Assembly (NCBI GenBank): GCA_965662235.1
Contig: CBFIGY010000001.1
Coordinates: forward strand, 128,001-192,000
Origin: an uncultured bacterium
GTDB lineage: Bacteria; SAR324; NAC60-12
Direction: 5' to 3'
DNA length: 64,000 bases
A program made the translations under genes and the position numbers. Each line of letters begins with the position of its first letter. Within the stretch, counting starts at the first letter, position 1. The notes below the pieces were generated by a model. That model was not told the origin of the DNA. It did not search any database and worked only from the letters and a program-made list of their open reading frames with translations. Shown here in pieces: positions 49,261-58,858 of this stretch.

Positions 49261-49644
49261 CTACGGTTTCAGCAAGAGCGAGACCGCGGCCTGGAGGTCT
49301 TCCACGCTGAAGGGTTTGCCCAAAAAGGCATTGCCTCCGGCAGCCCGAACCTCGTCTTCGACCTTGGTGGAGTGTTCCGCGGTGATGATCAGCACCGGAA
49401 TGGAGCCCACTTCGGGCTCCTGCCGCAGCTGTCGCACAAACTCCACCCCGTCCATCCGGGGCATCTGCAGGTCTGAGACAATCAGGTCCACCGCCCCCTG
49501 TCGGGCGACCTCTAGGGCCTGTTCTCCATCTTCGGCCTCAAGGAAGTTCTGGAACCCCAGATCCTCGAGCATTTTGATCAGTAGATGACGCATGAACCGG
49601 TAGTCATCGACCACCATCACGGTTACTTCCGGAAAGCTAGGCAT
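49261..49644 (-). CDS. Single-domain response regulator (CheY-like)
   Basis: VVDD, SDLQMP.MDG, ITAE and KPF. Confidence 0.93.
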   Translation of the reverse strand: MPSFPEVTVMVVDDYRFMRHLLIKMLEDLGFQNFLEAEDGEQALEVARQGAVDLIVSDLQMPRMDGVEFVRQLRQEPEVGSIPVLIITAEHSTKVEDEVRAAGGNAFLGKPFSVEDLQAAVSLLLKP

Positions 49645-49775
49645 TCACGGTTTTGAGAGGGACTGGAAAATTCCCTCGATTTTATTCGAGGGGGAACCTA
49701 TGTTAATTCGTACTAGAACCCGATGAAGAGACAAGGTCAATTCATATCCGCCTTCAAATCAACCCATAAGGAACC

Positions 49776-50336
49776 GTGTACGAAACATCTGACATCCGCA
49801 AAGGCCTTCGCATCGAAATGGATAATGAGCCTTATGCCATTATCGAGTTTCAATTCGTCAAGCCCGGCAAGGGGAACGCGTTCACCCGCACCAAGATCCG
49901 GAACCTGATCACCGGCTCGGTTCTGGAACGGACCTTCAAGACCGGAGAGAAGCTCACCCCTGCGGACATGGAAGATCGGGACATGCAGTTCCTGTACAAC
50001 GATGGCAGTTTCCACTTCATGGACACCCGCAACTACGATCAAGTGGCCCTGGAACCAGACATGGTGGGAGACGCCTCCAACTACTTGCTGGAAAACATGG
50101 AGGTCAACATCGGGTTCTACAAAGGCCGCGCCGTCAGCCTGGTGCTTCCGAACTTTGTGAACCTTGAGGTGGTGGAAACGGCCCCGGGCGAGAAGGGCAA
50201 CACCGTGACAGGCGCCTCCAAGCCCGCCACCCTTTCTACCGGATATGAAGTGAACGTGCCCCTCTTCATCAACACAGGTGACCTGCTCCGGATCGACACC
50301 CGGACCGGTGACTACGTCGAGCGCGTCAAAAGCTAA
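49776..50336 (+). CDS. efp: Translation elongation factor P
   Basis: FVKPGKGNAF loop (modifiable Lys), KPATL.TG, VPLFI and DTRTG.Y..R. GTG start. Confidence 0.98.
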   Translation: MYETSDIRKGLRIEMDNEPYAIIEFQFVKPGKGNAFTRTKIRNLITGSVLERTFKTGEKLTPADMEDRDMQFLYNDGSFHFMDTRNYDQVALEPDMVGDASNYLLENMEVNIGFYKGRAVSLVLPNFVNLEVVETAPGEKGNTVTGASKPATLSTGYEVNVPLFINTGDLLRIDTRTGDYVERVKS

Positions 50337-50364
50337 CCCTCTGTCCCCCGGGTCCTTCTCAGCA

Positions 50365-53300
50365 GTGCAGAATCATCATCCGGGGGCCCCGTCTGCCCCT
50401 TCTCCGAGTCCTCAACAAGTCCGGCAGTGGAAGCGCTTGGTCTCGCTCTACCGCAAACTGCCGTCCAGCCCATGGGGTCCTGCTGAGCAGCAGTCCCTCC
50501 GGAGCCTGTTCAAGAAGCTGCAGAGCCAGCGCTTTCGGCAGCTCCTGCAGTCCACCTACCCTCCGGAAGAGCAAGAAGCCCTGCAGGCGCAGATTCAGCA
50601 AGAGGTCCATGCCTACTGCACCCTCAACCAAGAACGCGTTCAGAGCCTGCTGGAGCTTGCTACCCCAGAGCTCCGGACTGCGGTTCAGGAAGCCCTGACC
50701 CTCTTTCACTACAACCTCCCTGAGCTTCCGGAACAGCTTGTGGAACGTCAGGTGGGGTACGACGACGAGGGGCACCCCATCATTGACTCCGGGACCTTCC
50801 GGCTCTTCCCAGAGAACGCCCCTGCCGGCCTAGAAGGACGGGCTCGCTTCCTGCCGACCCACTTCGAGGGCCTCTCCTCGCTGGAGGCGTTTGAGCAGCA
50901 CGACTACCCCCTCTTGCCTCGGCAGCCTCCGGAAGACTTCCGCATCAAGGCCATCACCACCATCGGCAGCCTTGGTGGCATTGGACACAAGCCGGACTCT
51001 GACATGGACGCCCAAGTCATCGTCAGCACCGACCCCGAGGTCCCGGAGCCGTGGAATGACCTCGACTTCCTCCTGGCTCTCCTCGAAAAGGTGCTGCAGC
51101 AGGTCCGGAGCCTCCTCATGCGTCAGATCCTCAACGAGCGGGAGCAGGAGCGACTCCGGACCCTGGCTCGCAAGGAGCTCGAGCAGCGTTACGCAGAAGG
51201 GCTCCGTGAGGAAGAGCGACTGGTGCTGGAAAGCGTCTTGCCCAGCACCTACCAGCACCTGCTCGACCACCTGCTCTGGAAGGCTGCGCTCGCGCTTCGT
51301 CCCGGACGCCTCCATGAGCTCATCACCAACGAGCTGCAAGCCACCCTGCGGAGCTACCCCGACTTTGCTCCCCTGTTTGCGCCTGCCATCTGCGTCCTCT
51401 TTCCCTTCCTCACCAAGTGGAACCCGGTTGACTTCCAGGCCAACTGCTTCCCCTTCGCTGGGACCCTCTCGCACCCGCAAACGGTTCCGGTTCAGGTCGC
51501 CCGCTTCTACCGACGGACGGTGCTGGGCTCCAAGCAGTCCCTGCGGCTGCTCTCGGAGTGGGCGGAGCAAGAAGGACGGCTGCTCAACGAAATCCCCATG
51601 GCGCAGCAGGATGCGTTTCTGTGGAAGCACTTTAGGCAGAACCCCGAGTGGCCGAAGGTCCTTGAACAGTTCCTCGGAACCCTCGCAGAGCACCTCAGCC
51701 TTGCGGAACTGAAGCACCTCGGGGCCTGCTTCCAGAAGCTCCAGTCTCAGCTCCCGGAGCATCCGCAACGGGACCAACTGCTGGCCGAAGAACCGTTTCG
51801 GCAAAAGGTCGCCCAGCGCTTCCGCGAGCGCATGGCAGAGCTGGTGAACCACCACCGCGACCAAGCGGCTCAGGCGTATGAAGCTCAGGTGGAGTATCCC
51901 CTGCACCTGAAGACACAGCAGGTCGAGGGTTTTCTCGAGAAGAAGCATCCTGAGGTGGAAACGCATTTCTTCCGGAACCTGCTCCGCCGCATGCGCGCTG
52001 GCGAGCACACCCCGTTTCTCGTCTCCCCAGAAGGAAGCCTGGCCTACTCTCACCTGCTGAACGACTTTCTCCTCAATCCGGCAGTGATGCTTGGAGGCGT
52101 GCCCCCGCTGCCGTTTGACCTGCCTGACGACTTCCGGACCCTCGTGGCCGCCGGCGTTTTTGAGGAGCCCGTGTGGCAGGTGCCGCACCCAGATGAGCCT
52201 CGTGAACGGTGGCGCCTCAGTGAGCTTCCGGACTGGGGCAGTGTCCTCATTCCTCGCGAGCACTTCCTGGAACACATTGTTCCCATCTTCTTGCGCGAGA
52301 GCGAAAAGGTCAGCCACCGGAACCTTCCCAAGGCCCTGCTCAACTGCTGGTGGGTGGAGATGCTCTGTCTGGAAGACCGCCCACAACTGACCAGCCTCAC
52401 CCGCTTGCTGCTGCATCCTGACCAGCGGGCCACCTTCACTGAATCCGGTCAGCGCGACCCCGACTCCGTTCGCCTGATGGAGATTGAGGAACTGTTTCCG
52501 CAACTGGTTCGGGACCCCTGGTGGATCAAGTTCAGCGAAATGCTGCTCCGCTCTGCAGACCTGAGCACCCGGCGGGACCTGATTTTCTGCTTTGCGCAGC
52601 ACATGCGTCTCAGTGACGTCATTGACGCCGAAGGTCACGCGCTCTTCATTCAACCGGAAGAGCCCTGGCGCCGCCACGCCATGTCCAAGTTCTACCAGCT
52701 CTTCTTCCGCGACGACGCCTTCCGGATGGAGCTGGCTCGCTTTGCTCAGGGACGCGATGACACCGCCTCGCAGTGGGAAGAGCGCCTCAAGAGCCTCTTC
52801 CTGCAGTCCCTGCGGCGCGTGGAAACATTGATTTGCCATATCGGCAGTGAAAAAGCGACGGTTCAGGTCGCAGAGTACCTGCAGAGCTGCAGCTCAACCC
52901 CGCTGGATTCGGAGGAACTGCACACGTTGCTGGACCCGCTCATGCTTCAGGTTCACCAGCGGGTTGCCATTGAAGACCGACGCATCCTCAGCAAGATCCG
53001 CCAAAAGGATCCCCTCACGCCCCTAGAACGCCTGCAGGCCAAGCACCTCCACAGCGACTTCATGCGGGTCCGGAAGGTCGTCCAAGAGGTTGCTGAACAC
53101 TTTGCGCACTTGCCCCTCAACACCGGAAAGCTGGAGCAGCTCATCACCGGTGCCAAGATCCGGGTGGGCGGAGACACCAACGAAAACGTCATCTTCCGGC
53201 ACCACTTTGAGCGCAACTTCTCCCGCAAGCCGTTTCAGATTCCGCAGCCCATTGCCAAGAGCCTCAGCATTCCTCGCTCCGCCATCCTCATCCGCTACGC

Positions 53301-54171
53301 CCCAGAGGCACACCGCTGGAACTTCTTCTCACGCCTGCAACGCCGCGAAGCCGGAAGCGACCACACCCTGCTGATGTTCCAGGAACCGCTGGCACAGGGC
53401 ATTGCTCGCTGTGTGAGCAGCGGCTACGTTGGGTTTGGCAGCCGCAACCACACCGCCTTTCAGAAGGACCCCTCACCTGCCCGGGACCCGCAGGCGCAGA
53501 ACCCGTTTGGCCCGGACGACGTGACCGCCCTGGCCCTGCAGCTCAAGGAGGCCTTTCCTCCCATGAAGCTGAGGCCCCGGGAGCTGCTCGCCCAGCAGCA
53601 CTACATCCGGGAGCTCTTCCTCGCAGGAAACGTCAACCAGCACGGCACCTGGACCTTCATCCTCCGGGACAACCTGAATGAGTGGTTTGCCATCGACTTT
53701 GACATGCCGGAACCTCGGGGGGCACGACGAGAAGCGGTCCGGCGGTCGCCTCAGGCGTTCTTTGAGTGGATGAATGCCACAGAAACCCGGCAGCGGTTTC
53801 AGGAAACCCTTGCTCAGCTCGAGATCCCGCTGGAGGCCACGCGCCTCAAGTCGTACCAGCTCTGGCTCAACCCCCGGAGCTTTGAGCTCACCATCAATCC
53901 CAGCTACCGAGGCCTGTACCTCTCCGGAATTGCCTCTCAGATCTGGCCGGCTCAAGGTCCTCACGCCCCCTGGGCGGCACCCGCACGACCCCGCCAGCTG
54001 AGCGAGTGGCGGACCTGGGGGCAGCAGGCCATCGACACGCACCACCGGTCGCAGGAAGCCAACCGCCTGAAGCAGCAAAAACGCATCGCCCGCATCCGGA
54101 AGCTCAACGACGCCTACATGGCCAAAATTGCAGAGGAGCTCAAGGAACGAGAGCGGGAGCGGATGAGATGA
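50365..54171 (+). CDS. Very large class I adenylate cyclase-like nucleotidyltransferase (start uncertain)
   Basis: Ordered CyaA-like blocks: LNQERV...LFHYNLP, TIGSLGGIGH...SDMDAQV (GS..DxD), EVETHFF, LLNDF...AV.LGG, DWG....EHF, KALL and DPW. The frame is open from 50278; the first start after efp is GTG 50365. Confidence 0.7.
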   Translation: MQNHHPGAPSAPSPSPQQVRQWKRLVSLYRKLPSSPWGPAEQQSLRSLFKKLQSQRFRQLLQSTYPPEEQEALQAQIQQEVHAYCTLNQERVQSLLELATPELRTAVQEALTLFHYNLPELPEQLVERQVGYDDEGHPIIDSGTFRLFPENAPAGLEGRARFLPTHFEGLSSLEAFEQHDYPLLPRQPPEDFRIKAITTIGSLGGIGHKPDSDMDAQVIVSTDPEVPEPWNDLDFLLALLEKVLQQVRSLLMRQILNEREQERLRTLARKELEQRYAEGLREEERLVLESVLPSTYQHLLDHLLWKAALALRPGRLHELITNELQATLRSYPDFAPLFAPAICVLFPFLTKWNPVDFQANCFPFAGTLSHPQTVPVQVARFYRRTVLGSKQSLRLLSEWAEQEGRLLNEIPMAQQDAFLWKHFRQNPEWPKVLEQFLGTLAEHLSLAELKHLGACFQKLQSQLPEHPQRDQLLAEEPFRQKVAQRFRERMAELVNHHRDQAAQAYEAQVEYPLHLKTQQVEGFLEKKHPEVETHFFRNLLRRMRAGEHTPFLVSPEGSLAYSHLLNDFLLNPAVMLGGVPPLPFDLPDDFRTLVAAGVFEEPVWQVPHPDEPRERWRLSELPDWGSVLIPREHFLEHIVPIFLRESEKVSHRNLPKALLNCWWVEMLCLEDRPQLTSLTRLLLHPDQRATFTESGQRDPDSVRLMEIEELFPQLVRDPWWIKFSEMLLRSADLSTRRDLIFCFAQHMRLSDVIDAEGHALFIQPEEPWRRHAMSKFYQLFFRDDAFRMELARFAQGRDDTASQWEERLKSLFLQSLRRVETLICHIGSEKATVQVAEYLQSCSSTPLDSEELHTLLDPLMLQVHQRVAIEDRRILSKIRQKDPLTPLERLQAKHLHSDFMRVRKVVQEVAEHFAHLPLNTGKLEQLITGAKIRVGGDTNENVIFRHHFERNFSRKPFQIPQPIAKSLSIPRSAILIRYAPEAHRWNFFSRLQRREAGSDHTLLMFQEPLAQGIARCVSSGYVGFGSRNHTAFQKDPSPARDPQAQNPFGPDDVTALALQLKEAFPPMKLRPRELLAQQHYIRELFLAGNVNQHGTWTFILRDNLNEWFAIDFDMPEPRGARREAVRRSPQAFFEWMNATETRQRFQETLAQLEIPLEATRLKSYQLWLNPRSFELTINPSYRGLYLSGIASQIWPAQGPHAPWAAPARPRQLSEWRTWGQQAIDTHHRSQEANRLKQQKRIARIRKLNDAYMAKIAEELKERERERMR

Positions 54172-55373
54172 GCGCCTCTCCCTGGCAGACCGGACGGGTG
54201 CTTGCGCAGGATCAGTCCGTGTGGCAGGTGCTGGTAGCCGACGAACTGCACCCAGTGCCGATGACCCTTCCGGGTGCCGAAGACTGGGAGCCCGGCGACC
54301 TCGTCCGCTGGAACACGACTGCAGGCCACCGACTCTTTCGGCCTGCCACCTTTGACGCCTCTGGAGATGCCCTCCGCTGGCGACGGCCTGCGCAGTCTCC
54401 CAGCCGGATGCAGCGATTGCGGCAACGTCAGCACCTGCAGATGCGCCTCCGGAATTGGTTTGTTGCAGAAGGATTTCTGGAAATCGAGGCCCCCCTCCTG
54501 GTTCCGGCGCCCAGCCCCGAGGTTCAGTTTGATCCCGTCTCAACCGACTCTGGATTCCTGATCACCTCTCCGGAGTTTCAGATGAAGCGGTTGCTGGTGG
54601 GCGGATTTGAGCAGATCTTTGCGCTGGTGCCGTGCTTCCGGGGCAAGGAAATCAGCCCTCGGCACAACCCTGAATTCACCATGCTGGAATGGTACCGGGC
54701 CAATGCTCCGCTGGAGGCCATCACCACTGATCTGGAACGCCTCCTGACGGTGCTGCTGGAAGACTTCCCCGAATCGGATCCGGCGTTGAAAGCGCTGGAC
54801 TGGACCCACCCCTGGCCGCGAGTGACCGTCTCCGCGGTCTTCCGGGAGCAACTCCACGTGGAGCTGGAACCTCCGGGCGGACCTCTTCTCGACGCCGCCT
54901 CCCTGCGAGCCGCAGCGGAAGCAGCAGGACACGGCTCGGGACTGGAAGGGGCCGAAACTTACGAGGAGGTCTTCTTTCGGCTTTGGGACCAAATCGAGCC
55001 GCAGCTGGGTCGGCAGGCACCTGTGTTTGTCCACGACTGGCCGCTGCCGCTCGCAAGCCTAGCTCAGCCGTGTCCGGAGCATCCCGGGTTCGCCGACCGC
55101 GTGGAGCTTTACCTCAATGGCTTGGAGTTGGGAAACGGCTTTGGCGAGTTGACGGATCCGGATGAGCAGCGTAGGCGCTTTCTGCAGGACCTCCGCAACC
55201 GCGAACATGCCGGTCAGCCCGAGGTTCCGCTGGATGAAGCCTTCCTGCAGGCGCTTGCTCAGGGCCTGCCTCCGAGCGCCGGAATGGCGGTGGGCTTCGA
55301 TCGCCTTGTGATGCTCATCACCGGAGCCTCCAGCATCCGGGAAGTCCTTGCCTTTGAGTGGACGGAGCGTTAA
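54168..55373 (+). CDS. epmA: EF-P beta-lysyltransferase (GenX/PoxA)
   Basis: LITSPEFQMKRLL.GG, FR..E....HNPEFTMLEWYR, R.ELY..GLELGNGF.ELTD and G.PP.AG.A.GFDRL. ATGA overlap with the upstream giant gene. Confidence 0.95.
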   Translation: MSASPWQTGRVLAQDQSVWQVLVADELHPVPMTLPGAEDWEPGDLVRWNTTAGHRLFRPATFDASGDALRWRRPAQSPSRMQRLRQRQHLQMRLRNWFVAEGFLEIEAPLLVPAPSPEVQFDPVSTDSGFLITSPEFQMKRLLVGGFEQIFALVPCFRGKEISPRHNPEFTMLEWYRANAPLEAITTDLERLLTVLLEDFPESDPALKALDWTHPWPRVTVSAVFREQLHVELEPPGGPLLDAASLRAAAEAAGHGSGLEGAETYEEVFFRLWDQIEPQLGRQAPVFVHDWPLPLASLAQPCPEHPGFADRVELYLNGLELGNGFGELTDPDEQRRRFLQDLRNREHAGQPEVPLDEAFLQALAQGLPPSAGMAVGFDRLVMLITGASSIREVLAFEWTER

Positions 55374-55409
55374 CCTCGCCGTCTCCGCTTTCACTCAACG
55401 ACCTCCACC

Positions 55410-56018
55410 ATGACCCTCGTCTCTGCCACCCTCACTCTGCTGCTCATCATGGATCCGCTGGGGAACATCCCCACGTTTCTGTCGGTTCTGAAGACCATTG
55501 AAGACGAAAAACGCCGCCGCCGGGTGCTGCTCCGGGAGCTGGGCCTGGCGTTGCTGGTGCTGCTGGCGTTCCTCTTTGCCGGAAAGTACGTGCTGCTCTG
55601 GTTGGGGTTGCGGGAGGAGGCGGTCCGGATTGGAGGCGGGATTGTGCTGTTCCTCATTGCCATCCGGATGATCTTTCCCTCCAGTGGCGGGGTGATGGGA
55701 GAGCTTCCGGGTGGAGAACCGTTTTTGGTGCCGCTGGCCGTGCCGATGATTGCAGGTCCGTCTTCCCTGGCCGTGCTGATCCTGCTCGGAAATTCGGAGC
55801 CGGAGCGCTGGCTGACCTGGCTCGCCGCGTTGCTCATTGCCTGGCTGGTGACAAGCACCGTCATGCTCGCCTCCACGTACCTGTTCCGGATTTTGGGACA
55901 AAAGGGGTTGGTCGCCGTGGAACGGCTAATGGGAATGGTGCTGGTGACACTGGCGGTGCAGATGCTGCTTGACGGCACCGCCTCTTACCTTGGGAAAGCA
56001 ACGCTGGGGCTGCTTTAG
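55410..56018 (+). CDS. MarC family membrane protein
   Basis: MDPLGNIP.F, VPLAVP.IAGP and ERLMG. Confidence 0.93.
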   Translation: MTLVSATLTLLLIMDPLGNIPTFLSVLKTIEDEKRRRRVLLRELGLALLVLLAFLFAGKYVLLWLGLREEAVRIGGGIVLFLIAIRMIFPSSGGVMGELPGGEPFLVPLAVPMIAGPSSLAVLILLGNSEPERWLTWLAALLIAWLVTSTVMLASTYLFRILGQKGLVAVERLMGMVLVTLAVQMLLDGTASYLGKATLGLL

Positions 56019-56023
56019 GCCCG

Positions 56024-56299
56024 TCAGGTGCCCAGCGAGAACATGTGCTCCAGGTCGTGCCGGGAGTAGGTCCGGAAGGCAATCAGGGTTTCTGTGGCCG
56101 TGATGCCCTCCAATGCCCCAATCTTTTCGGCCATGGTGTCGGCCACAGCTTCCATCGACTTCACCCGAATCATGCACACCAGGTCAAACCGTCCGGCCAC
56201 CGAGAACACCTCTGACACCTCTGGCAGGTCCACCAGGGTCTGTGAGACGGTCTTGATCTGAGCCCGCTCCACATTGAGTAACACAATCGCTGTAATCAT
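56024..56299 (-). CDS. Stand-alone Lrp/AsnC ligand-binding domain protein
   Basis: 91 aa with V.EV.SV.G.FDL and GI..TETLIAF; no HTH. Confidence 0.88.
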   Translation of the reverse strand: MITAIVLLNVERAQIKTVSQTLVDLPEVSEVFSVAGRFDLVCMIRVKSMEAVADTMAEKIGALEGITATETLIAFRTYSRHDLEHMFSLGT

Positions 56300-56422
56300 C
56301 GTTTTCTCTTCCTAAAGGATCGAAATTCATCGGGCCCCAGCTGCTTCTGAGCAGCAGGCAGGCCGCCATGGGGCGGGTTCCATCACATCGTGGAGCCTCG
56401 GATAAGGCAAGCTGAAGCCGGG

Positions 56423-57214
56423 TCACCAGACCGTCTTGATCAGCCCTCCGTCCACCGCCACGGTGCTTCCGGTGATGTAGCTGGCCGCGTCAGACAGCAG
56501 GAACGCCCCTGCACGACCAAACTCCTCAATGGTCCCGTAACGCTTGGTCGGAATGGTGGCCGCCGAGCGCGCCTGCACCTCTCCCACCGGAATTCCCTGG
56601 GCATCAGCCCGTGCCTGATCCAGCGTCCGGACCCGGTCGGTGTCAATGCGTCCGGGCATGAGGTTGTTGAGGCGAATGCCTTCCGGAGCCAGCTGCTGCG
56701 AGAGGCTCTTCACCAAGCTGGTCACCCCTGAACGCATGACGTTGGAAAGCAAGAGAACGTCAATCGGCTCCTTCACCGAAGAGGACGTTACTGTCAGGAT
56801 GGACCCTCCTCCGCGCTCCCGCATCGACGGCAGAGCCTCCCGGATCATCCGGACTGCGCTCATCAGGTTCAGTTCAAAGGCCGCCTGCCAGTCCTCATCC
56901 GTAAACCGGTCAAAGGTTCCAGAGGGAGGACCTCCCGCATTGACCACCAGCAGGTCCACGCCTCCAAACCGGCTCCGGGTCTGCTCAAACCAGTTCCGGA
57001 TCGACTGCGGATCTGAGGCCTCTAGGGGCACCCCCAGGGTCTCTGCGCCAGTGGTGTCCTGCAGCTGCTGAGCAGCCGCGGCAATCGCGTCGGCCGAGCG
57101 GCTGCCCAGCGACACTGCAGCGCCTTCGCGAGCCAGTTCCTGCGCAATGCCAAAGCCCAGCCCCTTGCTGGAAGCGGCCACCATCGCGACCTTTCCCTTC
57201 AGTCCTAAATCCAT
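56423..57214 (-). CDS. SDR oxidoreductase (3-oxoacyl-ACP reductase-like)
   Basis: ASSKGLG, NAGGPP, PG.IDTDR and ASYITG...VDGG. Confidence 0.92.
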   Translation of the reverse strand: MDLGLKGKVAMVAASSKGLGFGIAQELAREGAAVSLGSRSADAIAAAAQQLQDTTGAETLGVPLEASDPQSIRNWFEQTRSRFGGVDLLVVNAGGPPSGTFDRFTDEDWQAAFELNLMSAVRMIREALPSMRERGGGSILTVTSSSVKEPIDVLLLSNVMRSGVTSLVKSLSQQLAPEGIRLNNLMPGRIDTDRVRTLDQARADAQGIPVGEVQARSAATIPTKRYGTIEEFGRAGAFLLSDAASYITGSTVAVDGGLIKTVW

Positions 57215-57220
57215 GTTTCC

Positions 57221-58855
57221 TCAGGTTTCGTGTGTTGAACGCTTCCGGAAGGCCACCCCGCCGGCGCCCACCAGTGCCAAGAACCAGATCCCGGCCACCT
57301 CTTCGCGGTAATCACGATAGAGCGAATCATAGGAGCGCAGGGACAGGGTTTCCACGAGCGCTCCCTCTGTAAACAGGTCCAGCCGTTCCGAGTGCGGTTG
57401 CCCCTCGACATTGAGGAAGACGCTCTTGCCGTTGTTGGACGCCAGCAAGACCGGCAAGCGGTTCTCAATCGCCCGCCACCGCAAAATGGCCTCCATATTG
57501 TCTGAAGCCGTGGTTTTGCCAAACCATGCCAGGTTGCTCAGGTTTGCGGCAAAACGTGCTCCGTTCAGGCTCAGGCGCCGTAGGGTTTCCGGTGCAAAGA
57601 TGTCAAAGCAGATGGGAGCCGCCACCGCCTGTCCCTCAAGCGGAAAGACCGTAAACTCGGTTCCCGGCTCAAACTCGGACATGTTCGGGATCTGCTTTCG
57701 GAGCCACTCTGCCACTCCAGGGAGCCAGTCGCTGAAGGGGATCATCTCCCCAAACGGAATCAGGAAGACCTTCCGATACCGGCCCTGCTCCTGCCCTTCG
57801 GGTCCCAGCAGCGCGGAGATGCCATGAAAGCGCCACCGCCCCTCACGCCGTTCCCAGTCAATGGATGCCACCAGCAGGTAGACCTGCTGCTCCCGCAAGA
57901 ACCTCCGGACCTGTTGCAGCTGCGCGACGTCTTGGAACAGGGCTCCCGGATAAACCGACTCTGGCCACACGAGCAAGCGTGTTCCTGAAAACTCGGGGCT
58001 CTGTTTCAGTGCCTTCCGGGAATCTGAAAGCAGCAGCTGCAGGTTGGCTTCTCGTTCAGAGTACGCCAGTTCCGGGTTGGACGCCAACTGCCGCAGCGAA
58101 AAATTCGGCTGCAGGGTCACCACCTGAATCTGCGGTGCCGGTGCTGCTTGACGTTGAGCACCCAGGTCTGCCAGACGCAGGCTTCCGTAACCCCAAGCGG
58201 TCCCCCAGACGCTGGCCAGCAACACCGTCGGTAGCACCAACTCAGCTCTGGAGCGGGTTCCCGTCTGCCAGCGGATGAGCTCTCGCAACCAAAACGCGGC
58301 ACCCAGGCTCAGGAGCCCCATTCCGGGTGCACCAACCACATCCGCCGCCTGCTCCACCACGGGAACACCAGAAAGCGACAGGCCTCCGAGGTTCCAGTGA
58401 ATCAGTCGGGGCCAGAAGGCATCCACCCCAATCGCCCACAGCAACCGAAACAGAAGGGCCCGGCGGAGCTGAAGGGGCTTCCAGAACAGCGGCCACGCAA
58501 ACGCAACCCACAGCAGCACCCCCACTTCCAGACCGTACCCGACGCCTGTGACGACCAAGGCCAAGGGCAGGGGCAGGCCGCCGAACACGTTTGCGCTATT
58601 GGTGATCCAGTGAGCCGCCAGCAAGGCCCCCACGCCTCCCACCAGCCAGCAGGCCCCTAGGCTCACCCGCAGCCGAGTCCGCCAGGATCCTTCCAAAGAC
58701 TCTAGGACCGTCAGCAACAGAGCCAACGCGCCTATGCCAACCAACGGCACCGGATAGCCCGGCGACCCCACGCCCAGCAGGACTCCTGCAAGCAGCAGAA
58801 GAGCCCAACGGCCTTGACGGGACCGCTCCGGTCCGTTCGCGACAGGCTTCTGCAC
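57221..58855 (-). CDS. lnt: Apolipoprotein N-acyltransferase
   Basis: N-terminal TMs; QPN, WPES, Y.K..LIPFGE, ICFD (catalytic Cys), SN.AWFG and RAIENR. Confidence 0.9.
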   Translation of the reverse strand: MQKPVANGPERSRQGRWALLLLAGVLLGVGSPGYPVPLVGIGALALLLTVLESLEGSWRTRLRVSLGACWLVGGVGALLAAHWITNSANVFGGLPLPLALVVTGVGYGLEVGVLLWVAFAWPLFWKPLQLRRALLFRLLWAIGVDAFWPRLIHWNLGGLSLSGVPVVEQAADVVGAPGMGLLSLGAAFWLRELIRWQTGTRSRAELVLPTVLLASVWGTAWGYGSLRLADLGAQRQAAPAPQIQVVTLQPNFSLRQLASNPELAYSEREANLQLLLSDSRKALKQSPEFSGTRLLVWPESVYPGALFQDVAQLQQVRRFLREQQVYLLVASIDWERREGRWRFHGISALLGPEGQEQGRYRKVFLIPFGEMIPFSDWLPGVAEWLRKQIPNMSEFEPGTEFTVFPLEGQAVAAPICFDIFAPETLRRLSLNGARFAANLSNLAWFGKTTASDNMEAILRWRAIENRLPVLLASNNGKSVFLNVEGQPHSERLDLFTEGALVETLSLRSYDSLYRDYREEVAGIWFLALVGAGGVAFRKRSTHET

Positions 58856-58858
58856 CGC

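Noticed and set aside
49673..49692. Inverted repeat CCCTCGA/TCGAGGG between cheY and efp
   Set aside because: A single short repeat with no second copy or candidate regulator; cannot be distinguished from chance.
50830..52839. 669-aa ORF antisense to the giant cyclase-like gene
   Set aside because: Shadow ORF typical of GC-rich codon bias; no motifs, while the + strand carries the recognisable catalytic blocks.
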